This document shows positions 21,937 through 31,347 of a stretch of DNA of 51,430 nt, piece after piece. This DNA is from Gemmatimonadota bacterium (GTDB taxonomy: Bacteria > Gemmatimonadota > Gemmatimonadetes > Gemmatimonadales > Gemmatimonadaceae). The notes under the pieces are model-generated. The model was given only the letters and a program-made list of their open reading frames with translations, did no database searches and was not told the DNA's origin. Positions within the stretch are counted from its first letter, which is position 1, and each line of letters opens with the position of its first letter. The translations under genes were made by a program, and so were the position numbers. The stretch is from contig JANMLN010000018.1 in NCBI GenBank assembly GCA_031372565.1, forward strand, positions 1 to 51,430, written 5' to 3'.

Positions 21937-23060
21937 CAGACTGTCTGGTGCGCGGGCGTGGAGGCGATGGACGCCTTGCGGGCGTCGAGCTCGCGCTCGA
22001 CGAAGAGCCGGAGAATGTGCATGAAGTCCTGCGCGTTGGTGACGACACCGAACGCCTGATGTGTGCCGCGGTCCTTCAGCTTGCTCACGACGAACTCCGA
22101 CGAATCCACGCAGATCGTCGGGAGTTGTCGCAGCGTGCCATCCGCATCCTGCGTGAACGCCGGGAGCATGTTGCCCGTGGCAATCGCGTGCAGCGCCGTC
22201 GCGATGAGCACGGCCATGGTGGCCTTGATCGCGTGCGAGCGCATCGCGTCCTGTCCAAGCACGGCATCGGTGATGACGTCGGGCAACGGACCATCATCGC
22301 GAATGGAGCCGGTGAGCACGAAGGGGATCTGCTTGCGCACCAGCGCATGCATGATGCCGTTGGTGACGATCCCCTGCTCGACCGCCTTGGCGATCGACCC
22401 CGCGCGGCGTACCAGGTTGATGGCGCGCATGTGAAGCCCGTGGCCGCCGGCCGATGGCACCCCCTGCCCCGTCATCCCGAGCGTCGTACCGAAGATGGAC
22501 GCCTCGATGTCGTGCACCGCCACCGCGTTGCCCGCCAGCAGCGCGCCGACGAAGCCGTTGTCGATGAACCACGTCATGTCGGCGCGCGCGCGCGAGTGCA
22601 CGAGCGCCGGACCCGTGACCCAGATCGGATAACCGCCGCGGTCGCGCTGGTCCAGCAGGATGCGCGCCATCTCGACGTAGTCGATCGGCTTCTCGCGCGA
22701 GACCTCGCTCGACATGAACTGGAACTCACCGTCGCCGCTGCCGCCGAGGAAGGCACCCGCGTGCACGAAGATCCCCTCGGAACCGTCCTCCTTGGCTCCG
22801 ACGGCGATCAGGTCGCCGGCACGCACGCGACGTCCCTCTCGGACCCAGAGCTCGCCCTGCGCGTCGCGCACGACGGCCGAGTCCATCCGCGGCTCGCGCG
22901 GCAGCCGCCACGCGCCGTTCACGCGCACGTACGTGGGGAGGTTGGTCGTCGTGAAGAAGCCATCGGGGAGCACGCCGTCCTGCTCGGCGGGCACAAACCG
23001 GGCGTCCGGGGCCTGCGCGAAGCGCTCGGCGGAAAAGTCGGGGGGTGAGAAACTTGTCAC
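21936..23060 (-). CDS. TIGR00300 / LOR-SDH-like protein (putative ornithine cyclodeaminase, AgrE/ArgZ C-terminal type)
   Basis: DGVLPDGFFTTTNLPT, RMDS, FQFMSSEVSREK, GNAVAVHDIE, GSIRDDGPLPD, HAIATGNMLP, KLKDRG. Confidence 0.85.
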   Translation of the reverse strand: MTSFSPPDFSAERFAQAPDARFVPAEQDGVLPDGFFTTTNLPTYVRVNGAWRLPREPRMDSAVVRDAQGELWVREGRRVRAGDLIAVGAKEDGSEGIFVHAGAFLGGSGDGEFQFMSSEVSREKPIDYVEMARILLDQRDRGGYPIWVTGPALVHSRARADMTWFIDNGFVGALLAGNAVAVHDIEASIFGTTLGMTGQGVPSAGGHGLHMRAINLVRRAGSIAKAVEQGIVTNGIMHALVRKQIPFVLTGSIRDDGPLPDVITDAVLGQDAMRSHAIKATMAVLIATALHAIATGNMLPAFTQDADGTLRQLPTICVDSSEFVVSKLKDRGTHQAFGVVTNAQDFMHILRLFVERELDARKASIASTPAHQTV

Positions 23061-23131
23061 CCCCGAAAGATAGCCGGAGCCGAACCCGACCGGACCGCCC
23101 TCGCGGGGGTGGCGGCTACCCCAGCGCGCGC

Positions 23132-23914
23132 TTACTGCGCGGCCTTCCCCAGCACGATGATGGCCCCCGTGGGCTGCGGCATGCCGCCCAGCGGTTCCTC
23201 GGACACGGCGACGGCCTGTAGCGTCCCGGGCTTCACGGCGAACGTCTGGCGCACCTCGGCCGACCCCACCGCATTTGGCATGAACGTGCCGACACTCACC
23301 TTCTGCCCGGCGACCACGAGCCAGAGCTGGTAGATCCGCCCCGAGGGTGGCGTGGGCAGATGATGCGCCGTGAAGGTCCAGCGATCCGTTGCCTGATCCC
23401 AGAACATGCGACCCACCGGCTGCTGCGAACGGGCATCGGCCAGATCGACGACGCGCACGCGCTCGCCCGTGAGCGCGGCCACCTGCGCCTCACGCTCGGT
23501 GAGCCGCAGCTTCAGCGAGTCGATCGCGCGCGCGCGGTCCCGGTCGGCCATGGCGAAGGTCGACCGCACGGTCGCCAGTTCGTCTCGGCTCTGCATCATG
23601 AGCAGCAGACCCACGATGGGCACGAACATCGCGAAGGCGATGGCCCAACGCGGCATGAGGATGCCGCGCGAAAGCGGAACGGGCGACGTTGCCGGAGCGA
23701 CCTGCGCCGGCAGCACCGACGGCGCTGTGACACTGGACGCAGCGGCATCGCGACGGGCCCCCATGGCCGCATTGTCGGCAGCGGCGCGGGCCAGCAGGCG
23801 GGCGCGCGTGGCGTCGCCAACAGGCGCCCGCGCAGGCGTGAGCAGCATGCCGAGTTCGGCAGCGCTCACGTCGAGTTCCTCGGCGTCGTCTGGGCGCAAC
23901 GGCTCGTCGCTCAT
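23132..23914 (-). CDS. Anti-sigma factor, RskA-like
   Basis: Single TM, coiled coil, C-terminal YQLW..SVG..AVSEEPLGGMPQPTG. ATGA overlap with the sigma gene. Confidence 0.88.
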   Translation of the reverse strand: MSDEPLRPDDAEELDVSAAELGMLLTPARAPVGDATRARLLARAAADNAAMGARRDAAASSVTAPSVLPAQVAPATSPVPLSRGILMPRWAIAFAMFVPIVGLLLMMQSRDELATVRSTFAMADRDRARAIDSLKLRLTEREAQVAALTGERVRVVDLADARSQQPVGRMFWDQATDRWTFTAHHLPTPPSGRIYQLWLVVAGQKVSVGTFMPNAVGSAEVRQTFAVKPGTLQAVAVSEEPLGGMPQPTGAIIVLGKAAQ

Positions 23915-24543
23915 GCGAGCCCCCCGGCGGGGCCGTTGGCGCCCATCGTCTCGCGCAGCTTGATGAGCGCGAGGCGCATGCGCGTCTTGACCGTGCCGAG
24001 CGGCGTGCCGGTGCGCTCGGCGATCTCGCTCTGCGAGAGTCCCGACCAGTACGCGAGCTGGAGCGCCTCGCGCTGCTGCGGGCTCAACTCGGCCATCGCC
24101 GCGGCGATGCGCTGGGCGCGCTCTCCGTGCTCAGCCACGGCAAACGGATCGACATCTCCCGTGGAGAGCGATTCGTGCGGCACCCCACCGTCGGGGTCGT
24201 CGAGCGAGACGTTGGACGCATCACGTCGCAGCGAGCGCAGCCGGTCGAGCGACCGGCTGCGGGCGAGCGTGACGAGCCAGGTCCCGACGCCGCCGCGCGA
24301 TGCGTCGAACCGGTCCGCCTGCCGCCATGCCTGCCAGAACACGTCCTCGACCACGTCTTCAGCCTCCGCAGCTTCCCGCACGATGCGTAGCGCGATGGCG
24401 CGGACGCGTCCCGACCAGCGGTCATACAGTTCGCCCAGCGCCGCCTCGTCGCGATCGCGCATGCGCGCGACGAGACGACCGTCCACCATCGCGGCGTCAG
24501 GGTCTGTGGACTGGTACGCGGTGGGCACCGCGGGCGGTTTCAT
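23911..24543 (-). CDS. ECF sigma factor (SigK-like)
   Basis: AEDVVEDVF..AW, WLVTLARSR, LAYWSGLSQSEIA..PLGTVKTR. Confidence 0.95.
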   Translation of the reverse strand: MKPPAVPTAYQSTDPDAAMVDGRLVARMRDRDEAALGELYDRWSGRVRAIALRIVREAAEAEDVVEDVFWQAWRQADRFDASRGGVGTWLVTLARSRSLDRLRSLRRDASNVSLDDPDGGVPHESLSTGDVDPFAVAEHGERAQRIAAAMAELSPQQREALQLAYWSGLSQSEIAERTGTPLGTVKTRMRLALIKLRETMGANGPAGGLA

Positions 24544-24684
24544 GATGAGAGAAGCTACCGTGCAGTCCGTGCGAGGGCCAACGACGGTGCACGGAACCGA
24601 GTGCCGGATCCCGGGCTACCTCTTGAACGCGCTGGCGACACGACGAGCGTGAGCGGCCGCGCGAACCACCCTGTCACGGCGACC

Positions 24685-25578
24685 ATGCGAACCAATCCCG
24701 ACGAACAGCCTGCCCCGCTGCCCCGGTTCCGCGGCACCGCGTTCGTGTTCGCGGGCGGCGGCAGTCACGGCGCCGTGCAGGTGGGGATGCTGGAGGCACT
24801 TGTCCGCGCGGGCGTCAGGCCGGACTTCGTGGTCGGCACCTCGGTCGGCGCAGTCAACGGCGTCTGCTTTGCCGGCGACCCGACTCCGGCAGGGATCCGC
24901 CGGCTCGGCGAGATCTGGAACGGACTCTCCGCTGGTGCGATCTATCCCAACTTGCGACTGGGCTGGTTGCGCGCTTTCGTGCGTCGACGCTCGTACGTCG
25001 TGGATCCATCAGGCCTGCGGCGGGTGCTCCAAGATGCCTTTCATCACGAGCACATCGAGGACACCCTGGTTCCGGCTGCTGTCGTGGCTACCGACCTTCG
25101 CGATGGACGCGAGGTGGTGCTGACCCGCGGCAATGCCATCGACGCCGTACTGGCGAGCGCGGCGATTCCCGCGCTCTTCCCCCCAGTCGCGCACGAAGGA
25201 CGCATGCTCATTGACGGTGCCGTGGCGCGCAACGCCGCCATCGCGTCGGCCGTCAAGCTCGGCGCGGAGCGCGTCATCGTGCTCCCGACGGGATTCAGCT
25301 GCGCGAGCCGGAGTGCGCCGGTCGGCTTCACCGCGCTGGGCGTGCATCTCGTGACGGTCATGCTCGCCCGCCAGCTGTTTGACGAAGCGGAACAGTTCGC
25401 TGCACGGTTGCCGGTGATCGTGGTGCCACCGCTCTGTCCGCTGTCAGTGAGCTCGTACGACTTCTCGCACTCGGCACGACTCATGGCGCAGGCCGAGGCG
25501 TCCACGGCGCAGTGGCTCGATGACGGCGGCCTGGAGCAGCGCGCAATCCCGGCGTCGCTCGCACCACACGTGCACTAG
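24685..25578 (+). CDS. Patatin-like phospholipase
   Basis: GGGSHG, GTSVG, ASAAIP, IDGA. Start ATG 24685. Confidence 0.92.
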   Translation: MRTNPDEQPAPLPRFRGTAFVFAGGGSHGAVQVGMLEALVRAGVRPDFVVGTSVGAVNGVCFAGDPTPAGIRRLGEIWNGLSAGAIYPNLRLGWLRAFVRRRSYVVDPSGLRRVLQDAFHHEHIEDTLVPAAVVATDLRDGREVVLTRGNAIDAVLASAAIPALFPPVAHEGRMLIDGAVARNAAIASAVKLGAERVIVLPTGFSCASRSAPVGFTALGVHLVTVMLARQLFDEAEQFAARLPVIVVPPLCPLSVSSYDFSHSARLMAQAEASTAQWLDDGGLEQRAIPASLAPHVH

Positions 25579-25677
25579 CCGGACATCCCGGCACGCGGTG
25601 GCGAGACCGTGCTCGTGCGGCAACATTACCCGTCGTCCGCTCTCTCACGCCACGTTCCGATCACGGAGCCCTTGCCA

Positions 25678-27651
25678 ATGGTGCGCGTTCCCGCCTTCCG
25701 TCGCACGCTCCGCTGGTGGCTGGCAGCCGCGTCGATCGGGGCGCCGTTGCTGACAGCGCAGGCACAGTCACAGGCGTCCGCGCCGCCATACGACGTGATT
25801 CTCCGCCACGGGACGCTGATCGATGGTACGGGCGCCCCACGGCGCGTCGCCGACGTCGCCATCAGCGGCGACCGCATCGTGCGTGTCGGCAATCTGGCGA
25901 AGGCGCGCGCTCGAACCGAGATCGACATCCGGGGTCTCATCGTCGCACCGGGCTTCATCAACCTGCACAGCCACGCGAGCCCCGAGGGACTCAGGACCGC
26001 CGCGAACATGCTCACGCAAGGCGTGACCACCGAGCTGATGAACGCCGACGGCGCGAGTCCGCTCGACCTGACCAGGCAGCGCGCCGCGCTCCGCGACAAC
26101 GGACTCGCGCTCAACATCGGTACGTACATCGGCTTCAACTCGGTCTGGGCGAACGTGGTCGGCCAGTCGGACCGGCGCCCGAACACGACCGAGATCGACA
26201 GCATGCGCACGCTCATCCGGCGCGGCATGGAGGCCGGTGCGTTCGGCGTGTCGTCGGGGCTCGACTACAAGCCGGGATACTTTGCCAAGGTGGACGAGGT
26301 CGTCGCGGTCGTCGAGGCGGCCCGCACGTGGCGCACCAACTTCACCAACCACGATCGCCTTTCGCCCGAGAACGGCTACTCGTCACGCGCCGCGATGGAG
26401 GAAACCAAGGTCATCGGCGAGCGCGCGGGGCTCCTGCCGCTCTTCACACACATGAAGGTGCAGGGCCACGAACAGGGCACGTCGGGCGCCGTGATCGCAT
26501 GGATGACGCAGAGCGCTGCCCAAGGGCACTACGTGGCCACGGACATCTATCCGTACCTCGCCGGGCAGACGTCGCTCACGGGCCTCCTCATTCCCGGCTG
26601 GGCGCAGGATGGCGGTCGCGCGAAGATGCTCGACCGATTCAAGGATCCGGAGTTGCGCGCGCGCATCATCAAGGAGACCGACATCGGCATGACGGCGCGC
26701 CTGAGCGGCGGCGGCGGCGTCTTCCTCATGGAATCGCAGCGCGAACTCGTGGACGTCCAGCGCGAGCTGGGCGCGGCCACGCCGGGCGAGGCCGTCGTAC
26801 GGGTGCTCGAGACCGGCGATCCCGGCATGATTGCGCGCTTCGGTGCCGAGCCCGACCTGATTGCGCTCATGCAGTACTCGGGGGCGAGCATTTCGTGCGA
26901 CTGCGGTGCCGTGCCACCCGACGAACGTCGCATCCATCCGCGCTTCTACGGCACCTTCCCGCGCGTGCTCGGCCACTACGTGCGCGAGCTGCATACCCTC
27001 ACGTGGGAAGCGGCCATCCGGCAGATGACAGGCCTGCCGGCGAGCACGATCGGCATGGTGGACCGCGGCGTCCTCGCGCCCGGCATGCTCGCCGACGTCG
27101 TCGTCTTCGACTCGGCCACGGTCATCGATCACGCCACGTACGCGAAGCCGGCCGAGCCATCGGATGGCATCCGGCACGTACTCGTGAACGGCGTGTTCGC
27201 GCTGCGCGATGGTGCTCCCACGGGGCAGAAGGCGGGGCGCGCACTCGCGCGCTCGGCGCACATGCCGAGCCGGCCGCTGGTCGAGGTCGCCGCGCGTGCG
27301 GTGTCGGCCGAGGGCCGGATTGCCGATGCATCGGGCGCTCTCCAGCTGGTGCTGTCTGTGCGGCAGTCGCAGCGAGCGCCGATTGTCGGCCAGCTGCGCG
27401 TACGCGACGCCAGCGGCAAGCCGATCGTGACCGGCACGGCATTCGGTCTCATCCAGACGCACGATCGATGGGGGAGCGTGACCGGCCAGGTGCGCGTGGC
27501 CAGCGATCACAGCGAACGCGCGTTCACGATCATCGTCGAGGAGGCCGACCCGATGGCGGGTGGGTCGGCGACGGTGACGCTTCAGGTTGACGGCATGCCC
27601 GAAGTCAGCGGGCGCATCGTCGGCAAGCGCGTGATGATTCGCGCCAGGTAG
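25678..27651 (+). CDS. Secreted N-acyl-D-amino-acid deacylase family amidohydrolase with an extra C-terminal beta domain
   Basis: APGFINLHSH, QGVTT, SSGLDY, YPYLAG, HPRFYGTFPR, DRG..ADVVVFD; signal peptide AQA-Q. Confidence 0.88.
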   Translation: MVRVPAFRRTLRWWLAAASIGAPLLTAQAQSQASAPPYDVILRHGTLIDGTGAPRRVADVAISGDRIVRVGNLAKARARTEIDIRGLIVAPGFINLHSHASPEGLRTAANMLTQGVTTELMNADGASPLDLTRQRAALRDNGLALNIGTYIGFNSVWANVVGQSDRRPNTTEIDSMRTLIRRGMEAGAFGVSSGLDYKPGYFAKVDEVVAVVEAARTWRTNFTNHDRLSPENGYSSRAAMEETKVIGERAGLLPLFTHMKVQGHEQGTSGAVIAWMTQSAAQGHYVATDIYPYLAGQTSLTGLLIPGWAQDGGRAKMLDRFKDPELRARIIKETDIGMTARLSGGGGVFLMESQRELVDVQRELGAATPGEAVVRVLETGDPGMIARFGAEPDLIALMQYSGASISCDCGAVPPDERRIHPRFYGTFPRVLGHYVRELHTLTWEAAIRQMTGLPASTIGMVDRGVLAPGMLADVVVFDSATVIDHATYAKPAEPSDGIRHVLVNGVFALRDGAPTGQKAGRALARSAHMPSRPLVEVAARAVSAEGRIADASGALQLVLSVRQSQRAPIVGQLRVRDASGKPIVTGTAFGLIQTHDRWGSVTGQVRVASDHSERAFTIIVEEADPMAGGSATVTLQVDGMPEVSGRIVGKRVMIRAR

Positions 27652-27707
27652 GAACAGGTCGGCGAAGGCCAGGCGAAGGGCGGAAGGTCGCCGCTCTCGT
27701 TGCGAGC

Positions 27708-27736
27708 AGCAGCTGCTTCGCTTCGCGCCGGACGCC
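27708..27736 (-). repeat. Degenerate REP-like copy directly after the HDOD gene stop
   Basis: Minus strand GGCGTCCGGCGCGAAGCGAAGCAGCTGCT; 24/29 match to the consensus. Confidence 0.55.
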
Positions 27737-29017
27737 TCAGGCGACGGCCGTCGCCTTGGCCGTGCCACTCACCTTGCGCAGCATCGCATTGCCCTGATCG
27801 CGCGACACCGCCTCGGCCAGCTGCGCACGCGCCCACTCGATGGCCTCGACGTAGAGCGGCGGCAGCGCGGTCGGCTCCACGCCAACCGTCTCGCTGAGGC
27901 GGAGCACCTCCGGCCAGTCGCCGGTCTCGTACGCCTCCGAGAGCGCAAGCACCGCGCCATAGAAGTCGGCGCGCGAGGTGAGCGCGGCCGCCACATCCTC
28001 CGAGAGTTCGAGCCGCACCACGAGCTCGTCCATGTTGGCGCAGAGCAGCGTGTCCAGCATCGAGAACAGGCCGACCATGAACAGCGAACCGCCTGCCTTG
28101 CGAATGCCACATGCTGCGGCGACGGCCTCGCAGAAGCGCGCGCGTGTGAGCGAGAGATGCGCCACCTCGAGCGCAACCCCGCGTTCGCCTGCACCACTCA
28201 CGAGGAGCAGCGAGAGCCACCGATAGAGTGTCTGCCGACCGAGGAGTCTGATCGCGTGGCCGATCGTGTGGATATTGCGCCCGCCCATCGACGCCGTGTT
28301 CACCAGTCGCAACAGCTTGTACGTGAGGACCATGTCGCGCCGGAAGCCCTCCTCGATGGCCGTGTCGGACTGTTGCGGGTCGCGAATGGTCTTCATGAGG
28401 CGAAACGCGTGCACGTGGTCGATCCCCACATCGCGCCGCGGCAGCACTTCCGGCCGTGTCTGCCGATAGCCGTGGAACAGCTCGATGCCCGCCTCGAAGC
28501 ACCGGTCGCGCGATGTACTGTTGTACACGCCGCTGGCCAGGCAATGCGCGCCATGTGCGCCGAGCCCTCCCACGACACGAGCGAGCGCCTGCGGTGGCAA
28601 CGTCGAGGCGTCGAGCCGCACGATGTGGGCGAGGCGCAGCATGGCGGGCGCGTGCATGGCATCGGTCGCATGCACCGCGATCCGGTAGCCATCTGCCGCG
28701 AGCGACCTGCAGGCCGCCACGAGTTCGTCATCCACCGGTGTGCCCGGCAAGAGCGACAAGACCGCGCGCCGCGGATGCACCACACGCACGGCGCCGCGAA
28801 CCAGCACCGAGCGCGACACGGGCAGAAAGGCCGGACGACCCTCAGCCACGCGATCGAGACCAAGCGTGAGACACGCCTCGAGGATCACCCGCTCAGACGC
28901 AAGCGCCGCCTCCGCATCGTCGGCCACCACCTCTCCGGCGTCCAGGTACGACAGGTCGAACGCAACGAGGTTCTCGCTGGCGTCGAAGATCGGCTGGCGG
29001 GACAGGAGTAGCGTCAT
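27737..29017 (-). CDS. Degenerate EAL plus HDOD domain protein (YuxH/CdgJ-like)
   Basis: RQPIFD start, LTYKLLRLVN, AIRLLG, RARFCE, FMVGLFSMLD. Start ATG 29017. Confidence 0.88.
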   Translation of the reverse strand: MTLLLSRQPIFDASENLVAFDLSYLDAGEVVADDAEAALASERVILEACLTLGLDRVAEGRPAFLPVSRSVLVRGAVRVVHPRRAVLSLLPGTPVDDELVAACRSLAADGYRIAVHATDAMHAPAMLRLAHIVRLDASTLPPQALARVVGGLGAHGAHCLASGVYNSTSRDRCFEAGIELFHGYRQTRPEVLPRRDVGIDHVHAFRLMKTIRDPQQSDTAIEEGFRRDMVLTYKLLRLVNTASMGGRNIHTIGHAIRLLGRQTLYRWLSLLLVSGAGERGVALEVAHLSLTRARFCEAVAAACGIRKAGGSLFMVGLFSMLDTLLCANMDELVVRLELSEDVAAALTSRADFYGAVLALSEAYETGDWPEVLRLSETVGVEPTALPPLYVEAIEWARAQLAEAVSRDQGNAMLRKVSGTAKATAVA

Positions 29018-29121
29018 CTCTTCCGAGTTTCGGCCATGGGCGAGTGAGCTTGAGGTCACCAGCGGGGACAACTCCCCCGCCCCCCCTTGCGGCCGACGGC
29101 GACGAGGCGTTACCTAGAGGC

Positions 29122-29214
29122 ATGTTGATCGCCCCCGCCACGCGCCCGTACTACTTCTCGTCTACCAGCTATCGGTTTACACCGGGAGCTGCGGGCGCGT
29201 ACGTGTCGGTCTGA
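29122..29214 (+). CDS. Tyr/Phe-rich leader peptide (30 aa, MLIAPATRPYYFSSTSYRFTPGAAGAYVSV)
   Basis: Translated by hand (below the ORF-track cutoff); 4 Tyr and 2 Phe including YYF; lies upstream of a terminator and pheA. Confidence 0.8.
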   Translation: MLIAPATRPYYFSSTSYRFTPGAAGAYVSV

Positions 29215-29253
29215 GTCCACCACAGACAGCACGAACTCCCCAAGGCTCCCGGT
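29166..29253 (+). promoter_or_regulatory. Attenuator alternative structures (protector and antiterminator)
   Basis: 29166-29176 can pair with 29181-29191. Alternatively ACCGGGAGC (29181-29189) is perfectly complementary to GCTCCCGGT (29245-29253), the terminator 5' arm. Confidence 0.75.
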
Positions 29254-29276
29254 TTCTCCGGGGGCCTTTTTTGTTT
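29242..29276 (+). terminator. Intrinsic terminator (attenuator) upstream of pheA
   Basis: AAGGCTCCCGG-tttct-CCGGGGGCCTT followed by TTTTGTTT. Confidence 0.88.
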
Positions 29277-29296
29277 CCCGCTCTCTCTCCATCCGC

Positions 29297-30169
29297 ATGT
29301 CACGCTTGCCGTCGTCCGAGTCGCTGTCACCGGGGCTGGTCGCCTTCCAGGGCGCGCGCGGCGCCTACAGCGAGGATGCGCTCCGCCTCCTCTGGCCGTC
29401 GGCGCGTCCGGTTCCGATGCGGAGCAACCTTGATGTCGCGCGTGCGGTCGCGACGGGTGCGGTCGACGCGGGCGTGCTACCCGTCGAGAACACGCTCGCG
29501 GGGAGCGTCGTGGCCACTTGGGATGCCATCGTCGCCACCGAAACCGTCCACGCAATCGCCGAAACGGTCGTGCCGATCCATCACTGCGTTATGGCGCCAC
29601 ACGGTGCGTCGCTCTCTGACCTGGTCACGGTCGCGAGTCATCCCGTGGCGCTCGATCAGTGTCGTGGCTGGTTCCTTCGGCATCCGCACGTGCGCGCCGT
29701 GGCTGCCGAGGACACCGCGGGAGCGGCGGCCGTGGTCGCGTCGAGCGGGAACCGGACGTGCGGCGCCATTGCCGGGCGCGGCGCAGCGGCGCTCCACGGT
29801 CTTTCCATCCTCGCCGAGAACATCGAGGATCGGCCCGACAATCAGACGCGCTTTCTGGCACTGGCACGCGCACCACGGCCGGTCGTCGAGGGCGTACTCT
29901 GCCGCACGAGTCTCGTGCTCGCGACGGCGAACATTCCGGGTGCGCTCGTCGCCGCCCTCACGCCACTCGCGGCACACGGCCTGAACCTGACGCGCGTCGA
30001 GTCGCGTCCGACCGGCGAGCCGTGGACGTACCGCTTCTTCGTCGATGTGCAGCACGAGGCTGGCAGCCGCGCGTTCACCGATGCCTTGGCCGCCCTGTCA
30101 CACGTCGCCACGGTGCGACTGGTGGGCACGGTCCCCGCGCACGCATCACACCTCGGCGCGCCGTCCTGA
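29297..30169 (+). CDS. pheA: Prephenate dehydratase with ACT domain
   Basis: FQGARGAYSE, PVENTLAGSV, SHPVALDQC, NQTRF, NLTRVESRP. Confidence 0.95.
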   Translation: MSRLPSSESLSPGLVAFQGARGAYSEDALRLLWPSARPVPMRSNLDVARAVATGAVDAGVLPVENTLAGSVVATWDAIVATETVHAIAETVVPIHHCVMAPHGASLSDLVTVASHPVALDQCRGWFLRHPHVRAVAAEDTAGAAAVVASSGNRTCGAIAGRGAAALHGLSILAENIEDRPDNQTRFLALARAPRPVVEGVLCRTSLVLATANIPGALVAALTPLAAHGLNLTRVESRPTGEPWTYRFFVDVQHEAGSRAFTDALAALSHVATVRLVGTVPAHASHLGAPS

Positions 30170-30261
30170 CGCGCCGTCGTCCTTCACCATCCCCTCGCTA
30201 GTCCATCGCCCGCTCGCACGTCTCGCTCTGTCTGCGCACCCCTCAGCTCCGGAACACCCCC

Positions 30262-31347
30262 ATGATCCTGGTCATGTCGCCTCGCCACACCGACGCCGAA
30301 CTCGACGACCTGCGCGAGCGCGTCGAACGCACCGGCGCGCGCACCGTCGTCTCCCGAGGTGCCGGACGCACGATCGTCGGCTGCGTCGGTGACCACGACG
30401 CGCTCGAGTCGGTCGCGCGCCTCGCGCTCACCGGCGTCGAATCCGCCACGCCCATTCGCACGCCGTACAAGTTGGCCGCACGCGGCATCGCCGCCGATCG
30501 CTCCGTCGTGCGCGCGGGACCGGGCGCGGGCGTGGCGATTGGTGCTCATGCGCTGGCGGTCATCGCCGGACCGTGTTCCGTCGAAGGGCGCGACATGCTG
30601 CACACCACGGCGCGAGCCGTGCGCTCATCAGGCGCGGTCATGCTGCGGGGAGGCGCGTTCAAGCCGCGCTCCTCGCCGTACGCGTTCCAGGGGTTGGGCG
30701 TCGAGGCGCTCGAGATGCTGGCCGAGGTGCGCGCGGTGACCGGCATGCCCATCGTCACGGAGGTCCTCGACCCGCGTCAGGTCGACCTCGTTGCCGCGCA
30801 TGCTGACGTGCTCCAGATCGGCGCTCGCAACATGCAGAACTTCGCGCTCCTCGCCGAAGTTGGCAGGGTGCGACGACCGGTGCTGCTCAAGCGTGGCATG
30901 TCATGTACGGTCACCGAACTGCTGCTCGCCGCCGAGTACGTCCTTGCGCAGGGCAACCCCGACGTCATTCTCTGCGAGCGCGGTATCCGCACGTTCGACA
31001 CGGTCACGCGCAATTGTCTCGATGTCGGCGCGATCGCAGCGCTGAAGGCAGAAACGCACCTTCCGGTGATCGCCGATCCGAGCCACGCGGCTGGCCGCGC
31101 GGACCTCGTGCTGCCACTCGCGTGCGCGGCGGTCGCCGTCGGTGCCGATGGCCTGATCGTCGAGGTCCACCCGGAGCCCGCGCGCGCCCGCAGCGATGCA
31201 GACCAGACGCTCACGCCGCACCAGTTCGCCGAACTGATGGCGGCCATTGCACCGGTGGCGCGTGCGGTTGGGCGCGCTCTTTCCGAGCCTAGGGCAGCGG
31301 CGTTACCGAGCGCCGAGCCGACGCACTGCCGGCGGGCCCATGCCTGA
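30262..31347 (+). CDS. aroF: 3-deoxy-7-phosphoheptulonate (DAHP) synthase, type I-beta with N-terminal regulatory domain
   Basis: IAGPCSVE, RGGAFKPRSSPY, QIGARNMQN, CERGIRTF, DPSH, SDADQ. Confidence 0.95.
   Translation: MILVMSPRHTDAELDDLRERVERTGARTVVSRGAGRTIVGCVGDHDALESVARLALTGVESATPIRTPYKLAARGIAADRSVVRAGPGAGVAIGAHALAVIAGPCSVEGRDMLHTTARAVRSSGAVMLRGGAFKPRSSPYAFQGLGVEALEMLAEVRAVTGMPIVTEVLDPRQVDLVAAHADVLQIGARNMQNFALLAEVGRVRRPVLLKRGMSCTVTELLLAAEYVLAQGNPDVILCERGIRTFDTVTRNCLDVGAIAALKAETHLPVIADPSHAAGRADLVLPLACAAVAVGADGLIVEVHPEPARARSDADQTLTPHQFAELMAAIAPVARAVGRALSEPRAAALPSAEPTHCRRAHA

Noticed and set aside
29100..29296. T-box riboswitch upstream of pheA (also checked upstream of glyQS)
   Set aside because: No T-box antiterminator consensus (UGGNACC) seen; the leader-peptide model fits the pheA region.
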